From the NCBI GenBank assembly GCA_042408215.1, contig JAYFMW010000017.1:160001-224000 (forward strand): 64,000 nt of DNA. Direction: 5' to 3'. This document shows, piece by piece, positions 41,220-50,497 of this stretch. The notes below the pieces were generated by a model. It was not told where the DNA came from. It did not search any database and saw only the letters and a list, made by a program, of their open reading frames with translations. The position numbers and the translations under genes were made by a program. Each line of letters starts with the position of its first letter. Position 1 is the first letter of the stretch. Source of the stretch: Microcoleus sp. Lineage in GTDB: Bacteria; Cyanobacteriota; Cyanobacteriia; Cyanobacteriales; Microcoleaceae.

Positions 41220-41537
41220 CCAGAATAGCCTGAAAACCCGATCGACTTTAGTCAAGGGATGACAGGTAGTTGCAGGATTTATCCAGCCTTGATTTACCGA
41301 TCGTGCCGAATCATGTTAACACAGTGTTTTGGCGTAGTAAAATAGCACTTGTCAGTACAAGACATTAAAACCTACCCCCGGACAGGGGGAAAGTTACGAC
41401 CGAGGAGCTAGTTGCAAGACTAGGATAGCAGACCGCCATTTTTGGCAACAGGATTGCGCCCGGAAACCCTAGCAATAGGGATATTAAGACCGCAAAGTCT
41501 TAAGAATCCCCGCCTATGACAGACCGGGGAGTGTCAA
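41220..41537 (+). mobile_element. Non-autonomous IS200/605 mini-element (family C, copy 1)
   Basis: TTAT|CCAGAATAGCC left end; AAGAATCCCC..GGGGAGTGTCAA right end; homologous copy at 44343-44661. Confidence 0.85.
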
Positions 41538-41593
41538 TCAGGTTTTGCTCTGACTCTGCACAGAAAAAAGTTAACCACAATAACGAGGAAACT

Positions 41594-41989
41594 ATGGAAT
41601 CACTAGCATTGACCCACTCTTTTGTTGCTTATGAATCTCCAGAGCCTGAACTCAAGCTCAAGTCGTTAGACGAACTGGGCTTGAAAATTCCTAATGCTGC
41701 ATGGGTAGGCGTTGTAGGTATGGCAGTAGCCCTATCTGTTGTGAGCGTCCCAGGCGAAGCTCAGGCCCGAGGTTGCTACCGTAGCTGCGGTGGTCATCAC
41801 AGACATCACAGCTACGGCCAAGTTGCCACCAACGGTAGCCGGCTGAATATCCGCCACCATGCGAGTCGGTGTTCTCATGTCATCGGCAAGTTATATAACG
41901 GAGACCATGTGCCATTGACAGGTCGTTACAGACACGGCTGGGCTCAACTCAAAGGCGGCGGCTGGGTATCCACTGCATGGCTCAACTAA
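41594..41989 (+). CDS. Exported protein with bacterial SH3 domain
   Basis: MESLA..YE leader, TM/signal AQA, and LNIR...GWAQL..GGWVS; GAGG RBS. Confidence 0.8.
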   Translation: MESLALTHSFVAYESPEPELKLKSLDELGLKIPNAAWVGVVGMAVALSVVSVPGEAQARGCYRSCGGHHRHHSYGQVATNGSRLNIRHHASRCSHVIGKLYNGDHVPLTGRYRHGWAQLKGGGWVSTAWLN

Positions 41990-42027
41990 ATCTTAACTAG
42001 AACACTGTAACTTTCTAGCAAGATTGT

Positions 42028-42060
42028 TAATCGTTACCAAGCCCTGCCTGGTAACGATTA
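42028..42060. terminator. Likely bidirectional terminator between convergent genes
   Basis: Perfect 12-bp inverted repeat TAATCGTTACCA/TGGTAACGATTA. Confidence 0.65.
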
Positions 42061-42081
42061 TTTTGAATCTTGCCATGAGCT

Positions 42082-43062
42082 CTAAAGTTTACCACCACCG
42101 ATCAGGTAAAGTAAGGCCATCCGCACCGCCACCCCGCTCGTAACCTGTTGAGAAATTAAACTAAACTGGGGATCGTCCATCAAATCGGAACTAATTTCCA
42201 CCCCACGGTTGACCGGGCCTGGGTGCAAAACCTTGACATCGGGTTTGCAGAGTTTGAGCCGATCGCGCGTAATCCCGTACAAAGAATGATACTCTCGTAA
42301 ACTCGGCAGCAAATGCTGACTCATCCGTTCCTTTTGCAGCCGCAAAGTCATCACAAAATCAGCATCTTGCAAAGCAGGTGCAAGCTGCCAGTGCAAAAAT
42401 AACTTGCCTTCTCTACCGTTGCCGCACTCAGCAAACAACAGTGGCAGCAAAGTCGGCGGCCCGGCCAGGTGAACTTGGGCCCCGGAAGCCGTTAAACTCC
42501 AGATATTAGACCTCGCCACCCGCGAATGCAAAATATCCCCAACAACAGCAATTTTTTTGCCCGCTAAAAGTTTCAGTCGCGGAAGATCGGCATCTAACAA
42601 GGAACAGATGGTAAATAAGTCTAGCAAACCTTGCGACGGGTGTTCGTGCTGACCATCTCCAGCATTGAGAACGCTGACTCTCGAACCCAAGCGATCCATT
42701 TCCGACGCAATCGTGCTAGGAACTCCAGCCTGTTCGTGCCGGATTACCATCAAATCCGTTCCCATCGCCAGATAAGTCTTAGCCGTATCCAGAATAGTTT
42801 CTCCCTTCGTCAGAGAAGAACTGCCGGGGGTAAAATTCAGCGTATCCGCCGACAGCCGCTTCGCCGCCAACTCAAAACTATTCCGAGTCCGGGTAGAAGG
42901 TTCAAAAAACAAATTCGCCACCACTTGACCCTGCAAAGCTGGCACTTTCTTCGTGCGGCGACCGAGCACATCCCGAAAACTAGCCGCAGTTTGCAGCACT
43001 GTATCGTATTCGTCGGAGGTAAAATCAGCCAGAGTGAGAATGTGGCGCCTTGTCCAAGTCAT
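42082..43062 (-). CDS. pyrB: Aspartate carbamoyltransferase catalytic subunit
   Basis: [16 protein letters not shown] and HPGP motifs. Confidence 0.96.
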   Translation of the reverse strand: MTWTRRHILTLADFTSDEYDTVLQTAASFRDVLGRRTKKVPALQGQVVANLFFEPSTRTRNSFELAAKRLSADTLNFTPGSSSLTKGETILDTAKTYLAMGTDLMVIRHEQAGVPSTIASEMDRLGSRVSVLNAGDGQHEHPSQGLLDLFTICSLLDADLPRLKLLAGKKIAVVGDILHSRVARSNIWSLTASGAQVHLAGPPTLLPLLFAECGNGREGKLFLHWQLAPALQDADFVMTLRLQKERMSQHLLPSLREYHSLYGITRDRLKLCKPDVKVLHPGPVNRGVEISSDLMDDPQFSLISQQVTSGVAVRMALLYLIGGGKL

Positions 43063-44141
43063 AGAGTTACTTCTTGAGTTGCAAGTTGGAATTTATTGAC
43101 TCCTGAATGCGGATTTGCGTGCAGCCGCCCAGAATGTTCGATCGAGATTTAGTGGCGATCGTCAACAGTATCCAACAAATTTTGACCAAAAAACGATCGC
43201 GCCCACTTGCGGGGCTACGGGCATCAGGATAAGTCGGCAGGGACTTTCAAATTCCGTGAAAGATTGTGCAAAATTTCTTCGCCTCTGTGATACAATAGAA
43301 TTTGTAGGTGCGATTCGTTTAACCCAATAAAGTTAAACCCATTGCAGAGTCTCACCATGTCGCCCTTAGTCTCGCCCATTGTGGAGCCAATAACAGCAGC
43401 AAGCCAACAGCCTTCGCTTCTGCCTGCTGCTCAAGGGATCCAGATATCAGACACAGCAAATACCCCAGTCCTGAGCTAGATGATTCTGAATACACAATAA
43501 ATATTGGTACTTGTTGCCTGAATTTACCGGGTTAAAATCATAAAAATCCCACGGGAGAGCAGTTACTAGGACGACTATTTCCACGACTTTCCCGTAATAA
43601 GCCCAACAATGTAAGTAATTGTGTTGAACAAATACTTTCCCAAAAAATCGCGCTGCTCTGATAAACTTAGATAAGTCAGAAACCAATGGTTCGGCTTAAA
43701 GGACCTAAGCAACTTGGGACTACGAAAGTCACTAACCGCGAAAGCTTGTTCAGCTACCAGCAAATACAGGCGTACCTATTTATAGGCGTAGTCCTGAATG
43801 TTTGCAGGTGTCTTTGACATTAAAAAGCGCTATTGTCTCACGGCAATAGCTTTGTGGGATACCACCAATCCTTGCAATAGAAAGGCGATCTTTGGATGGT
43901 CTCAGATTGTCGGAGATTGTCCCAATTAAAAGTATCAGGAATATCGACAAGGGCTGTTTTATTAGCCGTCAGAAATGCTACAATGTACATAGACACATCG
44001 ATCTTTAAAGTTGGGTGAAACTCTCGCTCTTTGGGACGCTGTGGTTAAAAGACGTTTAACCGAAATGGTTAGATTGGTATCATCAGACAGCATATAGCGG
44101 GGGATTTGAAAGATGATTAATTCTTTGCAGTCAGTCTTGAC

Positions 44142-44325
44142 CAAAAAACTGGGATACAAGCCCCGTCCTTCTAGGACGGCTTTTTGCTAGAATACAGATA
44201 GTCGCCGAGCGGGCATTGGGAGACTCTAAACGGACGTGGAGCGACGGTAAGACTACCGCTGGCGGAGCGCGTTGCTATGAAGCGTCAAGGAATCCTCGGA
44301 CTTGATAGACGGGGAGGTATGTCAA
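44142..44325 (+). mobile_element. Non-autonomous IS605 mini-element (family A, copy 2)
   Basis: Near-identical to 24942-25144; also preceded by TTGAC. Confidence 0.85.
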
Positions 44326-44342
44326 TCTTCAGTCTTGCTTAT

Positions 44343-44661
44343 CAAGAATAGCCTGAAAACCCGATCGACTTTAGTCCAGGGATAAAAGGTAGTTGCAGGA
44401 TAATCCAGCCTTGATTTACTGAGCGTGCCGAATCATTTTAATACAGTGTTTTAGTGTAGTAAAATAGCACTTGTCAGTACAAGACATTAAAACCTACCCC
44501 CGGACTGGGGGAAAGTTACGACCGAGGAGCTAGTTGCAAGACGCTTGATAGCAGACCGCCATTTTGGTAACAGGATTGCGCCCGGAAACCCACGCTGGCG
44601 CGGGATATTAAGGCCACAAAGTCTTAAGAATCCCCGCGTGTGCCAGACCGGGGAGCGTCAA
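44343..44661 (+). mobile_element. Non-autonomous IS200/605 mini-element (family C, copy 2)
   Basis: Homologous to 41220-41537; preceded by TTAT. Confidence 0.85.
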
Positions 44662-45022
44662 AGCCCCTTGTCAAAACCAACGGTGTTAAGATATAAGTTG
44701 AAGATGTAGCTTCCCGAAAAAAATCTACAGGTATCTTGGGTAGCACCAATTTTGAGTAAATCGGAGCTAGACTAAATAGCCAAATACTTGTCTAAAGTTG
44801 CTCATAGTTCTTCACGGTGATGATATTGACAGCGTTGTAATTTTCTGCTAATTTGACGCTCATGCCGAAACGATGAGGCAAAATATCTGGTTTGTAAACC
44901 ACAGTCGATTCAAAACTGACCAGCCTGTAAAAAGGTCGAACGGGAGACCACGATTCGTTAAATAGGTTGAAAATACAGGTTGAACAATGGCTAAAAGCTT
45001 CAACAGTTATACAACGTGATGC

Positions 45023-45118
45023 ATAGGGTGGGCTACACCCGAATTTACGCCTGTGGACAAGTAGGAGCCGACTCCCTTGGCAGAAGCAGGAAGCAGACCC
45101 TCTAGAAACCACTTCTAG
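45023..45118 (+). ncRNA. TnpB omegaRNA-like scaffold without recognisable IS ends
   Basis: TAGGGTGGGCTACACCCGAATTTACGCCTGTGGACA matches 29/36 nt of the 3' region of tnpB 37716-38915. Boundaries approximate. Confidence 0.5.
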
Positions 45119-45288
45119 TTGAATGGTGAAGCTTGAATAAGTTTAGCCAAGTTTTGTATAGCAGCTCTGTAAGTTCGCTGTTAAACATCCGATAGTAATA
45201 TGGCGAGACTGTTCTTGGCGAAACTGCGACAAAAAGTGAGAGCCGGGAAGTTGTAATTACACAAGATTTAAACAATTCAAGAGGTATT

Positions 45289-45507
45289 ATGAGCCAACAG
45301 GTTATACAGCCGATGGTTAAGTTCCAGCGTCAGGTGCATTCTCTCGTCACGTCTAATATCATCCAGCCATCAGACAGCATTTGGAAGATTGCTCTGCTGT
45401 ACGGTGACGAATGGTCGTACTGGAAACAGCAACTCCTAGAGTTTGACTTTTCCTTGCAAGACCCCGTGAGCGAGTTACTAGCTGTGGAAGCTTGGGACGA
45501 GGAATAG
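45289..45507 (+). CDS. DUF4327 family protein
   Basis: QRQVHSLV..IQPSDSIW..W..W..L..FDFSLQDP pattern; GAGG RBS. Confidence 0.8.
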   Translation: MSQQVIQPMVKFQRQVHSLVTSNIIQPSDSIWKIALLYGDEWSYWKQQLLEFDFSLQDPVSELLAVEAWDEE

Positions 45508-45545
45508 GGGAATAGTTTCTCGTAATGAGTTTTGATCTGAGGAAT

Positions 45546-45625
45546 TGGGCATGGGGCATGGGGCATGGGGCATGGGGCATGGGGCATGGGGCATGGGGCA
45601 TGGGGCATTGGGCATTGGGCATTGG
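45546..45625. repeat. STRR heptamer array (GGGGCAT/TGGGCAT)n
   Basis: About 11 tandem units. Similar heptamer runs at 26304-26340, 39897-39945, 45950-46052, 47369-47403 and 58472-58535. Confidence 0.92.
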
Positions 45626-45646
45626 AGGCAGAGCCTGGAAGGTTAT

Positions 45647-45945
45647 AAAGAATACCCTGAAAACCCTGTGACTTTAGTCCAGGGATGAAAGGGCGTTGCA
45701 GGATTTATCCAGCCAGCCCTCTTTATGCAAGACACAAACCACATTCTGTTACCAGAAAAATGTGGGATGGATACACAGACGCAGGTCTATACCAGCAAAT
45801 GCCTACCACAAGTAGCCATAGACTCAGCAATGGGCGAGTGGGTAGTGGGTTATTGACAAACCCTTTAAGAATCAAGATTTGGGTGGATTCATCCCCCAAA
45901 GTTTGTCCTTAAGAATCCCCGTGTCTTTAGACCGGGGAGTGTCAA
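45647..45945 (+). mobile_element. Non-autonomous IS200/605 mini-element with family-C ends and unrelated structured interior
   Basis: TTAT|AAAGAATACCCTGAAAACCC..GACTTTAGTCCAGGGAT left end; TTAAGAATCCCC..AGACCGGGGAGTGTCAA right end. Confidence 0.8.
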
Positions 45946-46062
45946 TGGTAACAACTAACAAATAACCAATAACCAATAACTAATAACCAATAACCAATAA
46001 CCAATAACAACGGTCAACGGTCAATGGTCAACGGTCAACGGTCAACGGTCAACTGACGTCCC

Positions 46063-47304
46063 TTAAAGGCAAGCTGCTAAAGCTTGAGCTAATTGTTGAG
46101 CTGTTTGAAAGCGCTCCCCAGGGTTAGCTGCTGTGGTTCGCAAAATGGTTTCTCGCAATTTCGGGGCGATGGTGGGAATATTGTCGAGCTTAAACCCATA
46201 ACCACGAGCTAGTTTGCCGTAAAACTTTTGAGGGCCCTCGCCCGTCAGCAAAAATATTAAAGTAGGCCCGATCGCATATAAATCCGACTGAGGGAGGGGC
46301 TGTCCCCGGTCTTGTTCCGGCGCTGTGTAGCCCTCAACGCCGATGCGAGTCCCTGGAGGAGTTCCGATTTCTTTAACTGCGCCAAAATCGATCACCGAAA
46401 TGCCATTGTCCCGGTGCCGTACCAGCAAATTAGCAGGTTTAATATCCCGGTGGACGAGGGGGGGTTGTTGAGAGTGAATGTAGCCCAAAACCTCACAGGT
46501 TTGAATCATCCACTCTAGGGCCTGTTGGGGAGGAACTGGGCCGCATTTATAGATGCGTTTTTCTAAATCCTCGCCGTGGAGCATTTCCATCACTAAGTAT
46601 TTTTTGCCCCCTTCGACAAAAAAGTCGAAAAACTGAGGAATTCCCGGATGGTTGAGCGCTTTGAGTGTCTTAGCTTCTCGTTCAAACAGTTCTTGAGCTT
46701 TGACTATTTGAGCCATGTCAGCATTCATTTCCTTGAGGACTACCAAAGAAGCTGCGGGCGAACTTCCGGGTTTTTGAGCTTTAGCCTTCTCTCGATCCCA
46801 GGCTAAAGTCGTTGTCCCCATACCGCCTTGACCCAAAGTTCGCAGCACTTGGTAGTGGCGGACTGTGCGATCGACTTTAATCGGTTCGCCACAGTGGATA
46901 CAGAATAAATTACTCTGGGGGTTGCCCGCGTGGGTACACCGCGCAGTGGCGAGATTGACGGCTGGGTGAGTCTGAATTTTGCTGCCGAGTTCAATCGTAG
47001 TAACTTGGAAATGCAGAAGTGGGCCGCCCCGCGCCAATTGGATCAGGGCACCGTCGGAGATCCACCCCTGCTCGATCGGCATACCGTTAACAAAAGTGCC
47101 ATTGGTCCCGGAATTGACTAAATACCACTGACTAGAGGTGCCGCTCTTAACTTTTTGCAATTCCAGGTGCTGCCGCGACACTAAAGGATTGGGGAGCACA
47201 ACGTGATTTTCAGGAGAGCGGCCGATGCGAACAATGGATTCGCTCTCAAAACTCCACTGTTGCAGGGGGATCTGTTGTTCTGGATCTAAAAGGGTCAGCA
47301 GCAT
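46063..47304 (-). CDS. FHA-domain Ser/Thr protein kinase
   Basis: FHA (IGRS..VSRQH..GTNGT), zinc ribbon, and GQGGMG, VVLKE, HRDIKPAN and DFG motifs. Confidence 0.93.
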   Translation of the reverse strand: MLLTLLDPEQQIPLQQWSFESESIVRIGRSPENHVVLPNPLVSRQHLELQKVKSGTSSQWYLVNSGTNGTFVNGMPIEQGWISDGALIQLARGGPLLHFQVTTIELGSKIQTHPAVNLATARCTHAGNPQSNLFCIHCGEPIKVDRTVRHYQVLRTLGQGGMGTTTLAWDREKAKAQKPGSSPAASLVVLKEMNADMAQIVKAQELFEREAKTLKALNHPGIPQFFDFFVEGGKKYLVMEMLHGEDLEKRIYKCGPVPPQQALEWMIQTCEVLGYIHSQQPPLVHRDIKPANLLVRHRDNGISVIDFGAVKEIGTPPGTRIGVEGYTAPEQDRGQPLPQSDLYAIGPTLIFLLTGEGPQKFYGKLARGYGFKLDNIPTIAPKLRETILRTTAANPGERFQTAQQLAQALAACL

Positions 47305-47416
47305 TTTCAAGGGATGTGGTTGAGTTCCGTTATTTGGCCGTGGCGGGCGATCGATAATTTACAGGTTTGAAGAAGGAAGAAGGAAGAAGGAAGAAGGAAG
47401 AAGCAAGAGAACTTAT

Positions 47417-47875
47417 CAGAAAGTTGGGTTTAAAACCCCGTCCTTTTAGGACGGCTTTAATTTCTTAAATCCATCTTAAAGATTCCGGTAATTGTTTTGC
47501 GAACGATCTATACTAGGGTAGTCCAGGTTAAACTCCTTTGCCATCGTGAAACAGTTGAGACACACTTTTAGGCATGAATTGTTGGACACAGAGCCGCGAA
47601 AACTCTTAAAACAGCGAGAGAATCAACGCATTCTCAGTACCAGAAAATAAATAATTTGGTTTAAATCAATTAAGTAGGGTGGGACACACCCAAACTCTAG
47701 GCTTGTATCAAGCGTACGCTTTTGGAGATAGACCCAAAGAAGGTGACAATGAGTTAGGCTCGGTGCTTAGTTCAATCGAACGGGTATTTGGTTTAAGTAA
47801 TGCCGCAAGGACATGGCACTTAAAGGTCAGTCGCTGAATTAAGAATCCCCACGCCTTCTTGTGGGGGAGTGTCAA
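47417..47875 (+). mobile_element. Non-autonomous IS605 mini-element with omegaRNA-like 3' half and ~200-bp non-coding cargo
   Basis: TTAT|CAGAAAGTTGGG..CCGTCCT-TTT-AGGACGG left end; TAGGGTGGGACACACCC scaffold start; AAGAATCCCC..GGGGAGTGTCAA right end. Confidence 0.82.
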
Positions 47876-47914
47876 TTAGTTTCATCAAAAAACTCGGTAA
47901 AAGTTTGCACAACT

Positions 47915-50134
47915 CTAAAATCGAGATGCCCCTACCTGGGCCCGAATCACAATGGCTGTGATATTGTCGTGACCGTTGTGTTTGTTGCCTAGCTCTATTA
48001 ACTTAGCAACTCCTTGCTCCAAATCAGCTTGTGGTTGCAAGAGGGGTTCGAGACAGGTCTGCCAGTACGTTTCCAACAAATCATGATCTGTCAGACCGTC
48101 AGAAGCCAAAATCAACAAAGTATCTTCGCACAAGTCAAAAAACTGCAAGTCGGGCTTGAGAAAATTACTGTCTCGCGGGCCGAGGGCTTGAGTCAGTTGA
48201 TAGGCGTCGGGACGGGAATAGGCAGTTTCCGGGTCAACCCCGCGCTGAATCTCCCGTTGTCCTACTTCGTGGTCTGTGGTGATTTGTTCCAGGGTTTGTC
48301 CCTTTCTGAGTCGGTAGAGACGGCTGTCGCCGACGTGGGCTACGGCGAATTTTGTGTCTTGAACTAAGACTGCGACGAGAGTTGTACCCATGCGGCCGCT
48401 GCCGGAACGGCAGTCTTTTTGGTTGATTTCAAAGATGGCTTTGTTGGCTAATAAGACTCCCTGGCGGATGGTTTCTGCGGTCGGTAGTTGATTTTCCCAA
48501 CTGGTGAGAAAGAATTCTCTGAGGGTTTCAGCGGCTAATTGACTGGCTATTTCGCCACCATCGTGTCCGCCCATACCGTCGCAGAGAATGTATAGCCCTT
48601 TGCTGTGGCAGATGGGACCGAAGGATGTTTCGAGCTTGTTGATTTGAGTCCAGATGCTGAAAAAGTCCTCGTTGTGGTCGCGCTGGAGTCCGACATCGGT
48701 GTGGCCTGCGTCTTCCAAGCGGTACATCTGCACCGGCATGGGCTGGGTTAAGACTTCGCCAGAGTCGGGGGTCAGCTCGTCGGGGCTGCCAAATTGGAAG
48801 CGTGTCGGGGTGGATGTTGCTACTGGTGAGGGTTGGAGTTTGAGGGGGATGGTCTCTAGGCGCGATCGCAATTCTTGTATTGTGTGGATCTCGCCTCTGT
48901 ACAATTCTTGCAGCAGTTCGAGCAATGGGCCAAACTGAGTGCGATCGGACTGGTTAAATATCACCCGCCACAATTGCCCCAAATCTACCAGTTGCAGGTT
49001 TGAGTCGGCGGGTTCTGGATACAGACGTTGCAGCCGCAAAGATGCCAAAGATAAGGAAGAGTCGGGGTTGACCCGCAAATTTGTCAGTTCCAGCAAACTT
49101 TGGCGACAGCGCCAGGGTTCTAGGGCTGCCCACAGTTCTGTCATTTCGTGCAGCCAGTATAAAATTTGCTGGGTGGAAGTTTCGGGTTGACTCCAGCGTT
49201 CTATGAGCAGTGGCCAGTGGGAGCAGTCTTCCAGCAGCAGCACTGCTTGTTCGTTTTCTAACCAGCTATCGTGAATGACTGGCAGGTTTTGGGAGAATTC
49301 CCAGCGGAGAGCTAGATAAGGTTCGGCTTTGCCTTGGCCAAGCTTTTCTAGGGCGGAATCGGTCAAGTTTTCTCCTGGTTCTATGGCCGCTCTGTAGGGG
49401 GAGGCTCCTTTGGCGAAGCTGGCTGAATTTGCTGCTAGGAGGGCTTTGAGGGGTGACATTTGCAGCGGCTGACAGTCCAATACTGCTACGGCTACTGTGT
49501 CTGAAGGTTTTCTCGGTGGCAGGGTTTCTAGCAGTTGGTAGCGCTGCTGGCTGTCTAGATAGGTTCCGGCTGGCTGGGAAGGGATTAAATCTTCGGAGTT
49601 GGGGATGGGGAATTCTTTCTGCTTTGCTTGAGGCTCTGTGGCGGTTGTGAAATTGCTTTGGGATAGGGTTATTTGGCTGTCTGGTGCTGTAGTATTGCTT
49701 TTTTGGTCTGTTTGAAAGGATGCGGGGTCGATCGCGCTGACGGCTGCCACAGCGTCGATTTCTGGGCTGAATGCGTCGTCGATTGGTGGTTGAGCTGGTG
49801 GTGGGACTGCTGTTGGGGGTTCGGCTGGGGTGGTTATTTCTGTTTGAATTGCGTCTGTTATGGCTTGGGCGGAGTTGGCTATGGGGGCGCTTTCTGGAAC
49901 AATGTCTGGTTTTTGTGGAAATTCGTCGGCCCCGACTGTTGGCAAATTCGATCCGCAAATAATTGCTTGCCACACTTGACCTGTTGCGGTGCCACAATTC
50001 TGACATAATGCGGCGCTAACGGCGACTTGGGTGCCGCATTGGTGACAAGATTTGTAAGTTAGGGAGTTTCCGCATTGTTGACAAAACTTGTGTTGATTGG
50101 GATTTTCAAATTGGCAGCGGGGACAGAGGAGCAT
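47915..50134 (-). CDS. PP2C-family Ser/Thr phosphatase with N-terminal double zinc ribbon
   Basis: CxxC repeats; RDHNED, CDGMGG, VGDSR, SDGL and GHDNIT motifs. Confidence 0.92.
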   Translation of the reverse strand: MLLCPRCQFENPNQHKFCQQCGNSLTYKSCHQCGTQVAVSAALCQNCGTATGQVWQAIICGSNLPTVGADEFPQKPDIVPESAPIANSAQAITDAIQTEITTPAEPPTAVPPPAQPPIDDAFSPEIDAVAAVSAIDPASFQTDQKSNTTAPDSQITLSQSNFTTATEPQAKQKEFPIPNSEDLIPSQPAGTYLDSQQRYQLLETLPPRKPSDTVAVAVLDCQPLQMSPLKALLAANSASFAKGASPYRAAIEPGENLTDSALEKLGQGKAEPYLALRWEFSQNLPVIHDSWLENEQAVLLLEDCSHWPLLIERWSQPETSTQQILYWLHEMTELWAALEPWRCRQSLLELTNLRVNPDSSLSLASLRLQRLYPEPADSNLQLVDLGQLWRVIFNQSDRTQFGPLLELLQELYRGEIHTIQELRSRLETIPLKLQPSPVATSTPTRFQFGSPDELTPDSGEVLTQPMPVQMYRLEDAGHTDVGLQRDHNEDFFSIWTQINKLETSFGPICHSKGLYILCDGMGGHDGGEIASQLAAETLREFFLTSWENQLPTAETIRQGVLLANKAIFEINQKDCRSGSGRMGTTLVAVLVQDTKFAVAHVGDSRLYRLRKGQTLEQITTDHEVGQREIQRGVDPETAYSRPDAYQLTQALGPRDSNFLKPDLQFFDLCEDTLLILASDGLTDHDLLETYWQTCLEPLLQPQADLEQGVAKLIELGNKHNGHDNITAIVIRAQVGASRF

Positions 50135-50497
50135 AGGGGTTAAGGAATTGGATATTGGCGATCGAATTTGAGAGTGGAGGAGTTTTGGGTTCTGAGTTTT
50201 GAGTTTTGGGCAAGACTTGCAACGGATGACTCCCGTCCTATGACTATTTTATCGGGATGAATTCAGAACGCAGATATTTTTTGGAACAGAGATGTTGGAC
50301 TTTTGTTCTGGGCTGGCGCACCCCACAAGAAAGTTGATGTGTTGTGGAACGGGCATATTGCCTGTTAAGGGAGGATATTGCAACCTATGAGTTATATCAA
50401 TTCCGGTTGTATTGGAATGATTAAACCACAGAGGACGCAGAGAGCACAGAGTTGGAGAAGAGAGAGATGAATAATTCCGATGCCAATAGATTTGATC

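Noticed and set aside
45330..45622. ORFs with MPHAPCPMPH repeats (also 22037-22455 antisense to recF)
   Set aside because: These are translations of heptamer STRRs or antisense shadows of real genes.
45946..45970. Guide of the 45647 element targeting the cpc satellite
   Set aside because: Only a partial TAACAACTAACAA match; the seed start and the TTAT motif are not matched.
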